Source: Klebsormidium nitens (Eukaryota; Plantae; Klebsormidiophyceae). Taken from it: a stretch of 64,000 nucleotides of DNA. The translations under genes and the position numbers were made by a program. Below the pieces are notes generated by a model. The model searched no databases and was not told the origin of the DNA. It worked only from the letters and a program-made list of their open reading frames with translations. Positions 49,988-61,600 of this stretch are shown here, in pieces; the first letter of the stretch is position 1; every line of letters begins with the position of its first letter. The DNA is taken from NCBI GenBank assembly GCA_000708835.1, contig DF237287.1, forward strand, positions 36,656 to 100,655, in the 5' to 3' direction.

Positions 49988-52900
49988 ATGGCGGCAGGAA
50001 AGTTCGCCCTCGTGCTTCTGACGGTGGCGCTCGTCGCGTGCGGTTCCGCGGAGGCAGGCACTAGCCGGTTGTTGCTGCAGAGCAACTGTGTGCCTGGCAG
50101 CAGTAACCCCAACGCTTGGTGAGTGCAGCTCTAATCATGTGGCATCATGGAAGTGAGAATTTCAGGATAGACGTTTCTTCTTTTCTGGATGGCATTGGCC
50201 ATCTGACGCGGTAGAAGGTTGAGCTCCTCCCTGCGTGCCTGGTGCCAGCAACCCCAACACTTTGTGAGTGCAGCTCTAATGTGGCGCCCTTAAAAGCAGG
50301 ATGGGCTTTCAATTTTTCTGGATGACACTGGCTGTAGAATGCTGAGCTTCCCCTGCAGTCTTGCGCACGAGTTGCGAAATGTGGACGATATCTGGAGCTT
50401 TGGGATTGCGGTTGATGTGGTGCTTTTGAATTGATGTGTGTTCAAAGACCAGCTGGGACATGTCCGGATATGCGGCACGCATCCTTTTCTGCAACGTGTG
50501 GTGCCTCAACTCTAAGTAGTGGAAGTACAGATTCCATCACAGCACGAATTTAGCTGCTGTACAGCTTAACATGAGCCTCTTGATTGCTGTTTCTGAGCTA
50601 GCAAAAGGTGGCCCGTCGATTCAGTTTTGAAGATGCCAATTTGACAACATCCACAAAATCGTTCTCTGTATTTTTAACTCAATTGCAAAGGTCAGTTGCA
50701 ATGCAGCATGCGAGTAGAGGTACTGAATGCCTTGGTCTTTCAGGACCTTTTACGGGTCCAGTACAAGAGTTTAGTTGAACTGGCCTTGGCCAGTATTCAA
50801 CTCAACCAAGGCAATGTGATGCAGAAACGGTCGCCATTCTATCATTTGAACTCTTGGTAAATACTTGGTTCATTCACCCAGATTTGAGGAGTGGGTCCTA
50901 GCCAAATCTCTCAGTCCTTTGCTCCAACTAGGCGGTCTGAAAGACGGCCGGCTAATGGAACCCCAAACAATTCCGCTTTGTTTGACTCGGCTTCCTCGCT
51001 CTACCCCAGGCAGTCTAAAAGACTAGGGAACGTTGCTCAATCTCCAAACAAACCCGCTTTGGTTAACTGGACTCTCCCTTGACCTCTGCAGCTACAACGC
51101 ACCCGGAACTGCCTTCACCTGTTGCCCTGGATCCTGCACCAACAACCCCGGGCCTACCCCTGCTTGCCTGAATGCCGCCCCGACTGGAACGACCCCGGCA
51201 CCTACTTCCCCCCCAGTGAACGTCACCCAGACCGGGGGCCCGCCTCTTCCCAAGCCCAACAGGTCAGTTGCAGATAAGCTATATATGCTTATAAACCGGT
51301 TTTTGATGCGCTGTTACTTCTTCTGCTTCTTCTATCTGTCTTGCCTCTCAATGTCAGTTACGGTATTAATGCAATCGTTCGCAAAATGTCTGGCCTGAAG
51401 CGCACTTTTTGTCATGCCTCCTGATGATAATTTTAAATTCTTCAAGGTTGAGTGTCAAAGTAGAGAGTTTGAACCATCAACTCTATAAGGACCCTGCATG
51501 ACCCTCCATAATCCTTGGTACATCATTGGCCAATTCAGGAACAGCGGTTCACTGATTAAAAGTACTGAGCTGCTTTTGAATGCTGGCTTTGCCAACGCAC
51601 TCACTGCAACCTTTTTGTTCCCCAGTAATATATATTCGGTGGACGACAGCCACCTAAAAGCAGACGTCACGAGGGCCACCCACGCCAATCTATCCTGACG
51701 TGCTCTGCGGTATACTTAACCTCACCCGCTAACCAGGTTTGCGCCTCCACTTCTTCAACAGAACCCCCACTTCTAAATCACCGCGGTTCATCTTGACTGC
51801 TCTGCAGCAATACTGAACTTCACCCGCTAACCAGGTTTGGCCCTCCACTTCTCTAACAGAAACCCCACTTTGAACTTCATCTTGACTGCTCTGCAGTTTC
51901 CTTAACTTCACCCGCTAACCAAGATTGCCCCTCCGCTAACCCTACAGGACCCCCACTCTGACCTTCATTGAGGTTGCCACCCCCGCTTCCACGACCACCT
52001 ATGGTGACATCAACGCCCGGGGCGCCACAGTTTTCTACCGGTATGTCCCAGAATCTCGGTCAACAGGGCCGCACATAGCTCTGCCTCTCGCGCCGATTAC
52101 TTCACAGCTCACGTTGATCTCTGAATCAGTAGGAACTGATTGCAAATGAAAAGTTTTCGCCCATCCTTCCCTCGTCCAACTCCCAAAGCGTATTGTATCA
52201 AGAGTCAAAAGTAGTTTGTTTTGTTCTGCGCTCCTTAGAGTAGTTTGTGGCGAGATCATGGGACTGCTATCATGTCATCTTAGGGCTGTAGGGCGCCTTG
52301 ATCAGCTCGCTTTCAGTTCTCGCGTATAGCCGCAGACAAATTTGCAAGCCTTCAGGGCCATAAGCCAGTGTTTGAACCGCACGGCAGCAAAATAGTAGAG
52401 GCGTCTCCTGTCCTGAAGGCGAATTACGCCCATTGTGATCCTTATATGTAATCTGGATTGAAGACGCCCTCCCCAACCGCGAAGAAGGTCACCCGTCTTC
52501 ACATCTCGGATGGCTCTCAAGACTTGCAAATTGTTCTGGGCTTTCTTCTCTTTCCGAATCGCACACCGTTCACTCAGCAGGAACAATGGTCTCAGATTCT
52601 TATTATGGTTTGTCAATCCAGTCTCAGTATCCTTCTTCCGAGTCAAGACACTGTACAATAATTTTGAATTGCAGTGAGGCTGGACACTGTACACATGAAA
52701 TGCTGTGAGTCGGACACAGTCAAATGAGTCTGAACGGAGTAAGTCTGGACCCTGTACAGATGAATCTTCGTTACACAAAGTCTCGACATTGTACAGTCGA
52801 GTCTGAATTGCAGTGAGTTTGGACACTCTGCAAACGAAGTTTCTAAACCCTGATTTCCTCCGCGCAGGAACAAGGTGCTCGACACGCTGGGTGGTTCCCA

Positions 52901-53499
52901 GATCGGGTTCACGACGCAGATCGTGCGTCAGAGCATCGGCCCCAACGAGGTCCCCTTCGGGAACTTCGAGCAGGACACGCTCTACTACCTCGAGATCGGC
53001 TCAAGCACCGTCTTCGCTGACGTAAGCACCGCGAAATAGCCGTCCATTGCTGACGTAGTCGTCTGATAGTCGTCTACGCTGATGGACGATAAGTCCAATT
53101 GGTGCTTCTCTAAGCTGACGCGAGAGAAGGGTGCTGCAGTCCCGATGACGTCAGGCCTTCGCATCGAGAGGCATGAGGATTTGATCGTCCCAAGGTACAG
53201 TCGTGCGTGGGCTTCGAACAATGATCAGTCACCCTTAGGGACGTTCTTACGCAAGCCTTTGATCGACCTCGCAATTCAAATTTTGCGGTGTATTGAAGTA
53301 GACTCAAACGCTCACAGTAACTGACTCGTGCAACCGTCTGTCGCTACAGGGGCTCTTCAGCCAGCAGACGTCGGCTACTCTGGCGATCATTGGCGGGACC
53401 GGTGACTTCAGTTTTGCGCAGGGCACGATCGTGGTCGACAGGGCGGGCACCGACAGCGCCGGCAACGTGCTGTTCAAGGGCGCGCTTTACCTTCCCTAG
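49988..53499 (+). CDS. Predicted secreted protein (about 232 aa): signal peptide + 6-Cys module + Pro/Thr linker + one AOC/dirigent-like barrel (gene B, paralog of gene A)
   Basis: Exons 49988-50118, 51092-51262, 51948-52040, 52868-53021, 53350-53499 join in frame (699 nt). MAAGKFALVLLTVALVACGSAEA; LAIIGGTGDFSFAQGTI; same intron phases and same 93-nt exon as gene A. Confidence 0.82.
51715..51900 (+). repeat. Tandem units of about 100 bp that copy the downstream acceptor and exon start of gene B
   Basis: aacttcacccgctaacca occurs 3 times; ctaacag-aaaccccactttgaacttcat resembles the real ctacag|gacccccactctgaccttcat (51948). Confidence 0.75.
52647..52830. repeat. Degenerate minisatellite in gene B intron 3
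   Basis: tgaattgcagtgag..tggacact twice and gacactgtaca-like units repeated. Confidence 0.55.
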
Positions 53500-55659
53500 A
53501 CAGAAAATACTGCAACTTTGACTGATCTAGAAAATTTTGTGGTTGAATTTCGAGCTTTTTGGCAGCTAAGGTTGCTCACGCAAGTGATCATTGAACGTGT
53601 AACCTCGCTTCCGACTCGTAAATAAGCCGGGATGAGTACAACTTGACATTCAAATCACAACTTTGTCGGGAGGTAGTTTGTTCGCACTGAGCAATTGATC
53701 CAACAAAAATTTGGGTCCTACACGATCTTGAAAAGCCTGAACTCCATGATAGTGTACATGGCCCGTGTACGCACGCCTGCTTGACGCGCATGTGCATGTT
53801 TATATTGAACCGTACCATCACGGGCCCACCATGGTCTCCGTGCCGCCGCCGCGGCGCGTCGAGGCAGTCATGACACACGCCGGGGCTGATCGTCTAGATA
53901 ATCTGCCGAATATCCATATCCTTATATGCTCGGTCGGGTACATACGTGTTGTTTCAAGTTTCAAGTGTCCCGGCGCGCGATCGGGCATGCTCACATGGCT
54001 GATCGCTATTCTACTTGAAGCATGATCCGATTGATCAATTAAGTCGGTTTTCGGTACATGCACGCGCAGCATAACATGCCACAATATATACACGATTGTT
54101 GGACGCGGCCCATCATGCAGTGACCATCTACTTGTAAGTAGACCGATTATGATGTCGGCGCCATAAAATCAGGCGCGGCCACCCTGGTACCACGATGCGC
54201 ATTCCAAAACATTGTGCTTCGTATGGTGCGTCTACCAGACGTCCTGTTATATGTGGCTCTTCAACACATCCCAGCTATCATATGATCACTCCGAGTCAAT
54301 ATTGCAGTATTTGCAGCTCAATTGTCTGCCTAGCATGCCTCAGAACTCCGGGATTGAATGCATGGCCGTTGGACGAGCATTCCGCAGGCCAAATACTTTC
54401 TCACACGACCATAATACGTCTGAAACCGAAGAAAAGCAGATTGCCAGCTCAAATAAGGGATGATGTGCGGAGACCGCAGTCCTACGACCTTGAACGAGTC
54501 AGTATATAAGATGAACACCTTCGATGCTTCCCAAAATTGCCACCATTCTCATCCGCACCAATCCGGCTTCTTGCCGCTGCGCAGTATCACTACCTTGCAA
54601 ACCGCTTGCCGGCGTTCATTGAACGAGCGCCTCAACGATCATCCCGCATTCCCCACCACTCCTGCTGTGCTTAACCAAACCCATCTGCCAATCACACCCA
54701 GCTTCCCCCAGGCCCTTTCCCCGACCGCCCACTAGCGACGCACCACCTTGTGCGGCAGCCCCGGTGCAAATCCTTCAGGTGACGTTCCGAGGCCACGTGC
54801 TTCACCAGCCCAATCCAATCTGACTGTTGCCCCTCGACGTGCTCGCCGCTCGTCCCAGTGTAAGCACTGCGCTTTTACGCCTACCGCATTACCTCAGAGT
54901 CTTGAACGAAAATGGGTGCGGAGTCGCGCTTGGCGGCCGTCAGCTCGGGGGTGTCGCGCCTGGTTTTCTGCGATGGGCGAAGCATGGTGACGTCTGTCGG
55001 TGAATGGAGCGTAGACCTACGGTGAACGGCGCAGGCTTTCCGCTGGAGGGCGTTTGAGAACCCTGACCTTTGGGTTCACATGTTAACGCCCCTGCGTATC
55101 GGCATTGAGTTGAGGGACCAATCTGAAAGCAATCTTGTCAACATTATCGAGAAAAGTTTGCCCCGGATTGTGGTGGTAGAGCAGGCGTTCCCCTTTGTTC
55201 TGCCAAAAGAACCACTGAGCAGCTTTTCAATGCACTCATGCTGTCTGAGGTCGTAGGTTGGTCACGGCTGAAGTCTCCAGATGATAAGACATGCAGCCTC
55301 GATTGCTTGCCAAAAGAACGAAAGGAGCAGATGCAGGACCAGCTGATCAAGAATTGCAGATGATTATCGGCAAGTGCACAACCGCACTGGGAATACCTAT
55401 TCACAAGATGAGCGGTCGACATAGGTGCTACGTCAAGCAGACCTGTGACCGCCTCCTCAACCGAACCAAGTCAAAGACAAACCCGACTTTGTAGGAGGCG
55501 ATTGACCGCCTCGCTTTTCTACTTACAAGCGCCATCACGTCTTCCAGAAGCCCTAGCGGACGGAGACTTGGTACGAAGCGGATTTCGATATTGTTTTCGG
55601 ATGTCTTGGGAAAAGGTGCTATTTCGAGTCAGCAAAGCGAGAGGTTCCGAGCGAGCGCG

Positions 55660-58600
55660 TCAGACCCGTACCGTTTTCGCACTTTGCTTCAGCTTCTTCT
55701 TCGCCCCTAGTGCGCCTCCCTTCCCGGCCTTCTTCCCCGGGCTCAGCACCCCCCTCCCCCTCCCAACCGCAGCTGGCGCCCCCGGCCCTTGCCCCCCCGG
55801 CAGGGGAAATTGACCGCCCGCCCACTGCCCGGGGGTAAGCGGAGCACCTTGCGCAACACTCTCCTGGAACCCCCCGAATGCAGCCGTGCCTTGCAGGGGG
55901 TGCCCGCCGGCAGGGAAGGCGCCCCCCGGAACCGCGGGAAACAGGCTTTCGGCAGTCGGCGTGGGCGAGACTCCAAACGCGGTGTCGGACGTTCGGACCC
56001 GTTTGACGGCTGGGGCGGGGTCTGGCTCGGAATCGCTGGCGGGCCGTTTTGCGGACGGCGGGTGCGGCGGGGGGGCTTGGGCTGGTTGGGCGTGCCACAT
56101 CTGGTCCATCATTGGCTGCGTGAGCAACGATGTTTGCACGTCAAACGTTGGGACTACTCATAAGCTTTCTGCTGAACGGCAGGGACTGGACATAGGAAGG
56201 CATGTCGATTCCTCCTGTCTTTATACGCCCATCAGTTGAAGGCGGGAGCAGCAAAATTGCAGGGAAGAGAGCGTCAATGCAGCACCCTTGGAACGAGTCG
56301 AGCGGCCACGAGAGATCTATATGAGAAGAGGTCTCATACACTCAAAATTATTTTGTCACTTTCTATCAATTCCACAATCACCTGATGTGGCACTTTACGG
56401 ATATCAAGTCATGGAAGCAACCCCCTTTAAAGGCGCGCCCGCACGTCGCCGCTTGAAAAAACCATGGCCTCGGTTTCACCTTCGGCAAACCGCCTCGGAC
56501 AGCAGTAACGAGCACTTTGCACTTCGGACCGCGCGTCGTTCGCTTTGCTTTAGAGATCCAGATTCACCATTGCGGATCAACGTTGCAAGTAACAAGCCCA
56601 GTCCTGAACGCTTCCCATTCGTTACAATGAGGGAAGCAAGAACCTCAGGCTCTTTATCAAGTCCTGAAGAACGGACAAGTGACAACTTCCGAAACCTGCT
56701 TTGAGGATTCTACGAGGATCGCCCGCATCAGCTACAAGAGTCCTTCATGCGTCTCCAGACGAGGGAGGTAACCAAGCCTAAAAGTAACGGTTCCAGGAAC
56801 GCAAACTCACCTTGCGCCGGATCGCCTCCTGCGACGCATGCTGCTTTGCCACCTTCTTGGACGGGCCCGAGGCAACCGCGACCGGGACCCCGTCCACCTT
56901 GACCTGAAACGTGAACGTCTTCTTGTGGGGGGGTCCCTCTGACGCGAGCTCCTCAAACTCGACGGCCTGCCCGTGGTAAACGTTACGGACTTCCTGCATG
57001 GGGGGCGGCCGGGAAGGGCGGGGGGCGTTTTGCTGCCCAGGAACGGGATGCGGGGGGGCGGGGTGGCCCTGGTTGGGGAGACCGGGGAGAGGTACCGGCC
57101 TGGACCAGGAAAGGAGCGTAGCGTTAGAAATGTGGATTCAATAGGATGCACCACGAAGCATTTTTTCCTTCAGGAAAAGCGATGGTGGCGAAAACGAGCA
57201 CAGCTTTTCTGGAAAGCGCATCTACTTGTAAGGACGTGCTTCTAGAAGCGTGTCTAGATTTCCGTATTCCTTGATTGTCGAAGCCTCTTGGTAGCACGCT
57301 GTTCATTTCGTAACATGCGATGAAGCAATTACCCGTACTCTGCCCTGAAGTTGCCGGGACGCGAAACCTTTTGTGAAGTACGTGTGATTCGGGGGGGTTT
57401 GTGCGGAGTCGCTCCGACCTCCTACGGAAATGTGAGAGCGCCACAGAATGCACGCATCGCAGCCCGTAAGGCGTCCTACACGTCCGCAACTATCGGCAAC
57501 CAAAGAAAGATATGGCAAATGCAACCTCGATAAAGTAACAACGAGCTCCGGCTGCTCACCTGGACCCCCCCTGGCCCTGCAGCATCTCCAGCACCTGCCG
57601 CGCGCCGTTGTGCTTCGCCAACCGCTTGTTCGGCCCGTGCCCCTCCCCAACCACCCGCCCCTGCATCAGCACCTGCGCCGTGACCGGCGGACCGTTCGCC
57701 ACCTTGATGAACCGGTACGTAACGTCCCGCCCCATGCTCCGCCCGAGCGTGTGCAGTTCCGTTAGCACCTCCCGCTTCCCGTTCCCTGGCTTTGCCGATC
57801 CCGTTTCCGCGTCAAACCCCGGGGCCCCGCTCGTGCCCGGCTGGTCCTCGCCGTAGCTGTCATCCGCCAGCGCCCGGAAGTCGAGGCCGCCGAACAAGGC
57901 CCCGGCCGCGGCCTGCGCGCCAAACGGCCCGTCCGACGCCGCGAAGCTCATCGGCTCGTCCGAACTCGGCGCGGGCTCTTCGTCCATAGGCTCCACCGAC
58001 GCGCTCCGGCTCGACGGGATCGAAGGGATCCCTCCGTCGTCCCCGCTCGCCAGGGCACCTTCCTCCTCGCTAAGCAGCTCCCCCTCCTCGACGCCCCCTT
58101 CGACAGCCGCTTCCGCTTCCTCCCGCTGCTTGGCCCTCTCCTGCGCGCGCGCTCGCTCCGCGGACGAACCCGACGAGAACGACCCGCCCTCCTCCCCGCT
58201 GGGGTAGTCCTCCGCGCCGCCGCCCGCCTCTAGTTCGTCGCCGGAGTCCTTACCGCCTTCGGAACCGTTACCGCCCTCGAACGGCTCCTCGTCGTCCACT
58301 TCCGGCTCCGATGGATCGTCGCTTCCGCTCCGGTCGTCTGCCGGCTCGACGTGATCGGGAGGAAATTGATGTTGCACCCGGGGCGACGGCCGAGCCTCCC
58401 AGAGTCCTGGCATGCCTGGGGGAAGTGCGCGGGGGAAGCCTCGGGGGGAAGGGAGCACGGGGCCGCCGCGCGGGGAGGGCAATCGGCCACCGAGCATGGG
58501 GAAGTGAGGTGGCTGGTTCTGCAGCGACAGACGACTCGAAATTTAGTCTGAGCCCTTATATCTGGTGCATAAGTCAACATCCACTAGAAGCAAAAAATGT

Positions 58601-61600
58601 GCTTTTAGGAATCTTGTTCTATCGAAAGGTCCACTTCGACGGGAGTCTGCCCGGCTTGTGCAGTAATGAAAAGCAATGCTCAGCCTTTGGCACGCTGCAA
58701 GCGTGCTTCTTCAAATCGGACGACTCGTTCGAACTCAAAAAATGGATGTACGGATTGGTTGGGTATATCAACAACTGCGAGAGCTGACGCAAAGTGACCT
58801 GTGAGACCTGCGACTCGTGCGAGTACGAGAAGCCTAGCCACAAACGAACCTTGAGTGTACGAAATCTTTGAAGCAAACTGCTGAACCGGGCAGTACCGAC
58901 GGACTCAAGGGGCCCGGACAAAACCTCATCAAACAAACAGGAACATTTCCAGACAGAGACTTACATACGAAACGAAGCACCCATTCATTTACAGGGCTTG
59001 CAGACGTCAACCCAGTTACAGCCAAGCGCTTACAGCCTTCTGAGACGGACAACCGCAAGTGGAGAACTCCCCCACGTCTGTCGGTCCGGGAGGAATACCC
59101 GTTCCACGATGAATTTGTTCTCCGAGACCAGTCAGTTCATATGGAACGAAGCGTGACCCCCTTGTAGGGCTTGTTCTTGAGCTCCTCACGTCACAAGAAG
59201 CGCAACCCCCCTTGAGTATCTTCTGCCGCTGCTCCTGAAAGACTAGTCGTCGACAATACGACTTACTTTAAAACCAGACGCTAACGACAAAACGAAGCGC
59301 GCTTTACCTGTTGCAGGGCCTGTTGCAGACGCGCCTGCTTTAAAACCAGACACTAACGACACAACGAAGCGTGACCCACCTGTAGGGCCTGTTGCAGGCG
59401 CGCCTGCTCCTTGAGCTCCTTCTGCCGCTGCTCGTGGGAGAATAGTCGTCAACGCTACAAGCTCTCAAAGACCAGTCAAAGAGAATAAGCCGAAGCGCGA
59501 CCCACCTGTAGGGCTTGTTGCAGCCGCGCCTGCTCCTTGAGCTCCTTCTGCCGCTGCTCCTGCTGCTGCTGCAGCCCCTGCACCTGCTGCATCATTGCCT
59601 GCAGCGCCCCGGCTGTCGCCGGCCGCGGCCCGGGGGGCNNNNNNNNNNNNNNNNNNNNGGAAACCCGGGGGAAGAGACGGGGGAGGTTTGGGCCCGGGGA
59701 ATGAGGACGAGGGCCGGGCGGCTCGCGCCTGCTCAATGACTTCGGGGGGAGGGGGACCCGGGGGGAGGGGCGGGTTGACCGGGGGCCGGGGTTGGGTTGG
59801 AAGGGGGGGGGGCTGTGGGTGCGCTGCGGGGGGGGGCTGGCCGGGGGGCGTGGGGGGCTTGAGAGGGGCCACTTGATGCTGCTGCTGTTGCTGGAGGTTG
59901 TACAAGGTCTGGAGACGAAAAGAAACGTGTTCAAACATTGTGAATTCGAGACATGCGTTATGAAACCGATTGACGGTTCTGTTTTCGTCGTGATTGGAAA
60001 GGGGTGTCGAAAGGACATTCATTTACGCTTATGGTTGGATAACGAGATCAGGCAGCTTCGTTTCTGGCCCCTGAACTTACTTCGGCCCGTCGCTTTTAAA
60101 TTTGGACAACTAAACTGACTTCGTTGTAATAACCGGAACCTTCTCGTAGACGACCCTAGAATTTCTCAAACGAAGATACAGGAAAAAGGCTCGGTTGGGG
60201 CTACTCAAAATGCATGATACTCTCTCCAACATCGCCAACCCTTGAAAAGCAAAAGTTTAGAGACTTCGAGTAGTTGTGTCAACACATTGGCACATAGAAA
60301 ATGGGACAATGGACGTTTCGAACACAGGTGGACGATGTGCCTACGACAGGTTGTTCGTACCCTAAAATCACCGACTAATTCCTTAAACAACGCTTTGCGT
60401 TGGATGTCTTTCAGGAGACACAAAAGTGGACGAACTCTTGGCAGGCACAAAGGAATGGACCGCTTGTAGTCTGTATGAGCTTTCGGATATAATCCTTCCC
60501 GCCGGTGGACCCACTCTTTCCTAAATTCGAGCGCCAAAAGAGGCTTTGACTCCAAATGCTCTGGTGTGTGTAACGAACGAAGAATGACTGACCTGGATCT
60601 GGGGAAGGATGGCCGCCAGTTGGGGGGCCGCGTTGACCAGCAGAGGCGCTGCTGCCAGCAAGGCTGCCAACTGCTCGTGAGTGATCTGTTGGCCCCCACT
60701 CAGACTGCTCAGAGCGTTCACGGCGTTCTGCAATTGTACGCCTTTGGCCGTGACACCATCCTGTTCGAGGGGGAAAAGAAGCCTTTTCAGAAGTATCCTC
60801 TGCCCATGCGGTCTGGGCGTCAACGATTCAAGTCCTGTTCAGGGGCTCGAGGAAGAGTGCAAGGAGTCGAATGATGTAAGATGTCCTCGAGCACAATCGT
60901 CATGATCTTTCACTTTGTTTCTCCAAAAGGTGTCCATCGTTGATCCATGAGGCAAGGGAGTCAAGCAAGACAACTGATGCCCTTTTTCTTCTCTACCTCA
61001 ATCTTTGCAGGAATAAGAGATGACTCCTTTAGGCAACAGGGACAAGGAATGAATCTTATCATACAAAAAGGAGAGATCGAAAGAGGGAGAGACCCATTCG
61101 TGCTGAGGCATCTGGAATTCCTCTTTGAATAGATCCGCCACCATATACGCTGAAGGAGGACTTCGCATCGTGGATTTCTCTAAGATTGATTGAGAATCGT
61201 TGTTTTTGCTTTCAAACAACAGGAAAGAGCCCTAAGAAAGAAGTTCGCAACAAGCCAAAAACTATTCCGCAGCCTCATGACAGCTTCACTTGCAATCTGC
61301 AAAAGCGGATTGAAAACCCACCTTCTCCCCTGTTGGCGCTGTCTCCTTCATGCGCTGAACGTCTGAACTCGTCCTCTGTGGCGGCCTCGACTCCCCTTGC
61401 CCGCTTGCCCCTTTTCCCTCCTCACTCCTTGCCTGAACGCCGTCGGACTCCGCCCCTTCTCCGCTGACTCCATCACTGACGGCATCCCCACCTTTGTCAT
61501 GCCCGTCTGTCTCCCCCTTCTCCATGGGAGCTGGCCCCTTGTCGGGCTCCTGCCGTTTCTCACCCCCCCCGGCAGAAGCGCTGGATACCTCGGGACCAGT

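Noticed and set aside
50773-50802. Hairpin AGTTGAA-CTGGCC-TT-GGCCAG-TA-TTCAACT as a Helitron 3' end
   Set aside because: No CTRR terminus at the expected distance and no second copy seen.
43349-53499. Calling genes A and B true allene oxide cyclases or jasmonate-pathway genes
   Set aside because: They have ER-type signal peptides and an extra Cys module rather than a plastid transit peptide; similarity is at fold/motif level only.
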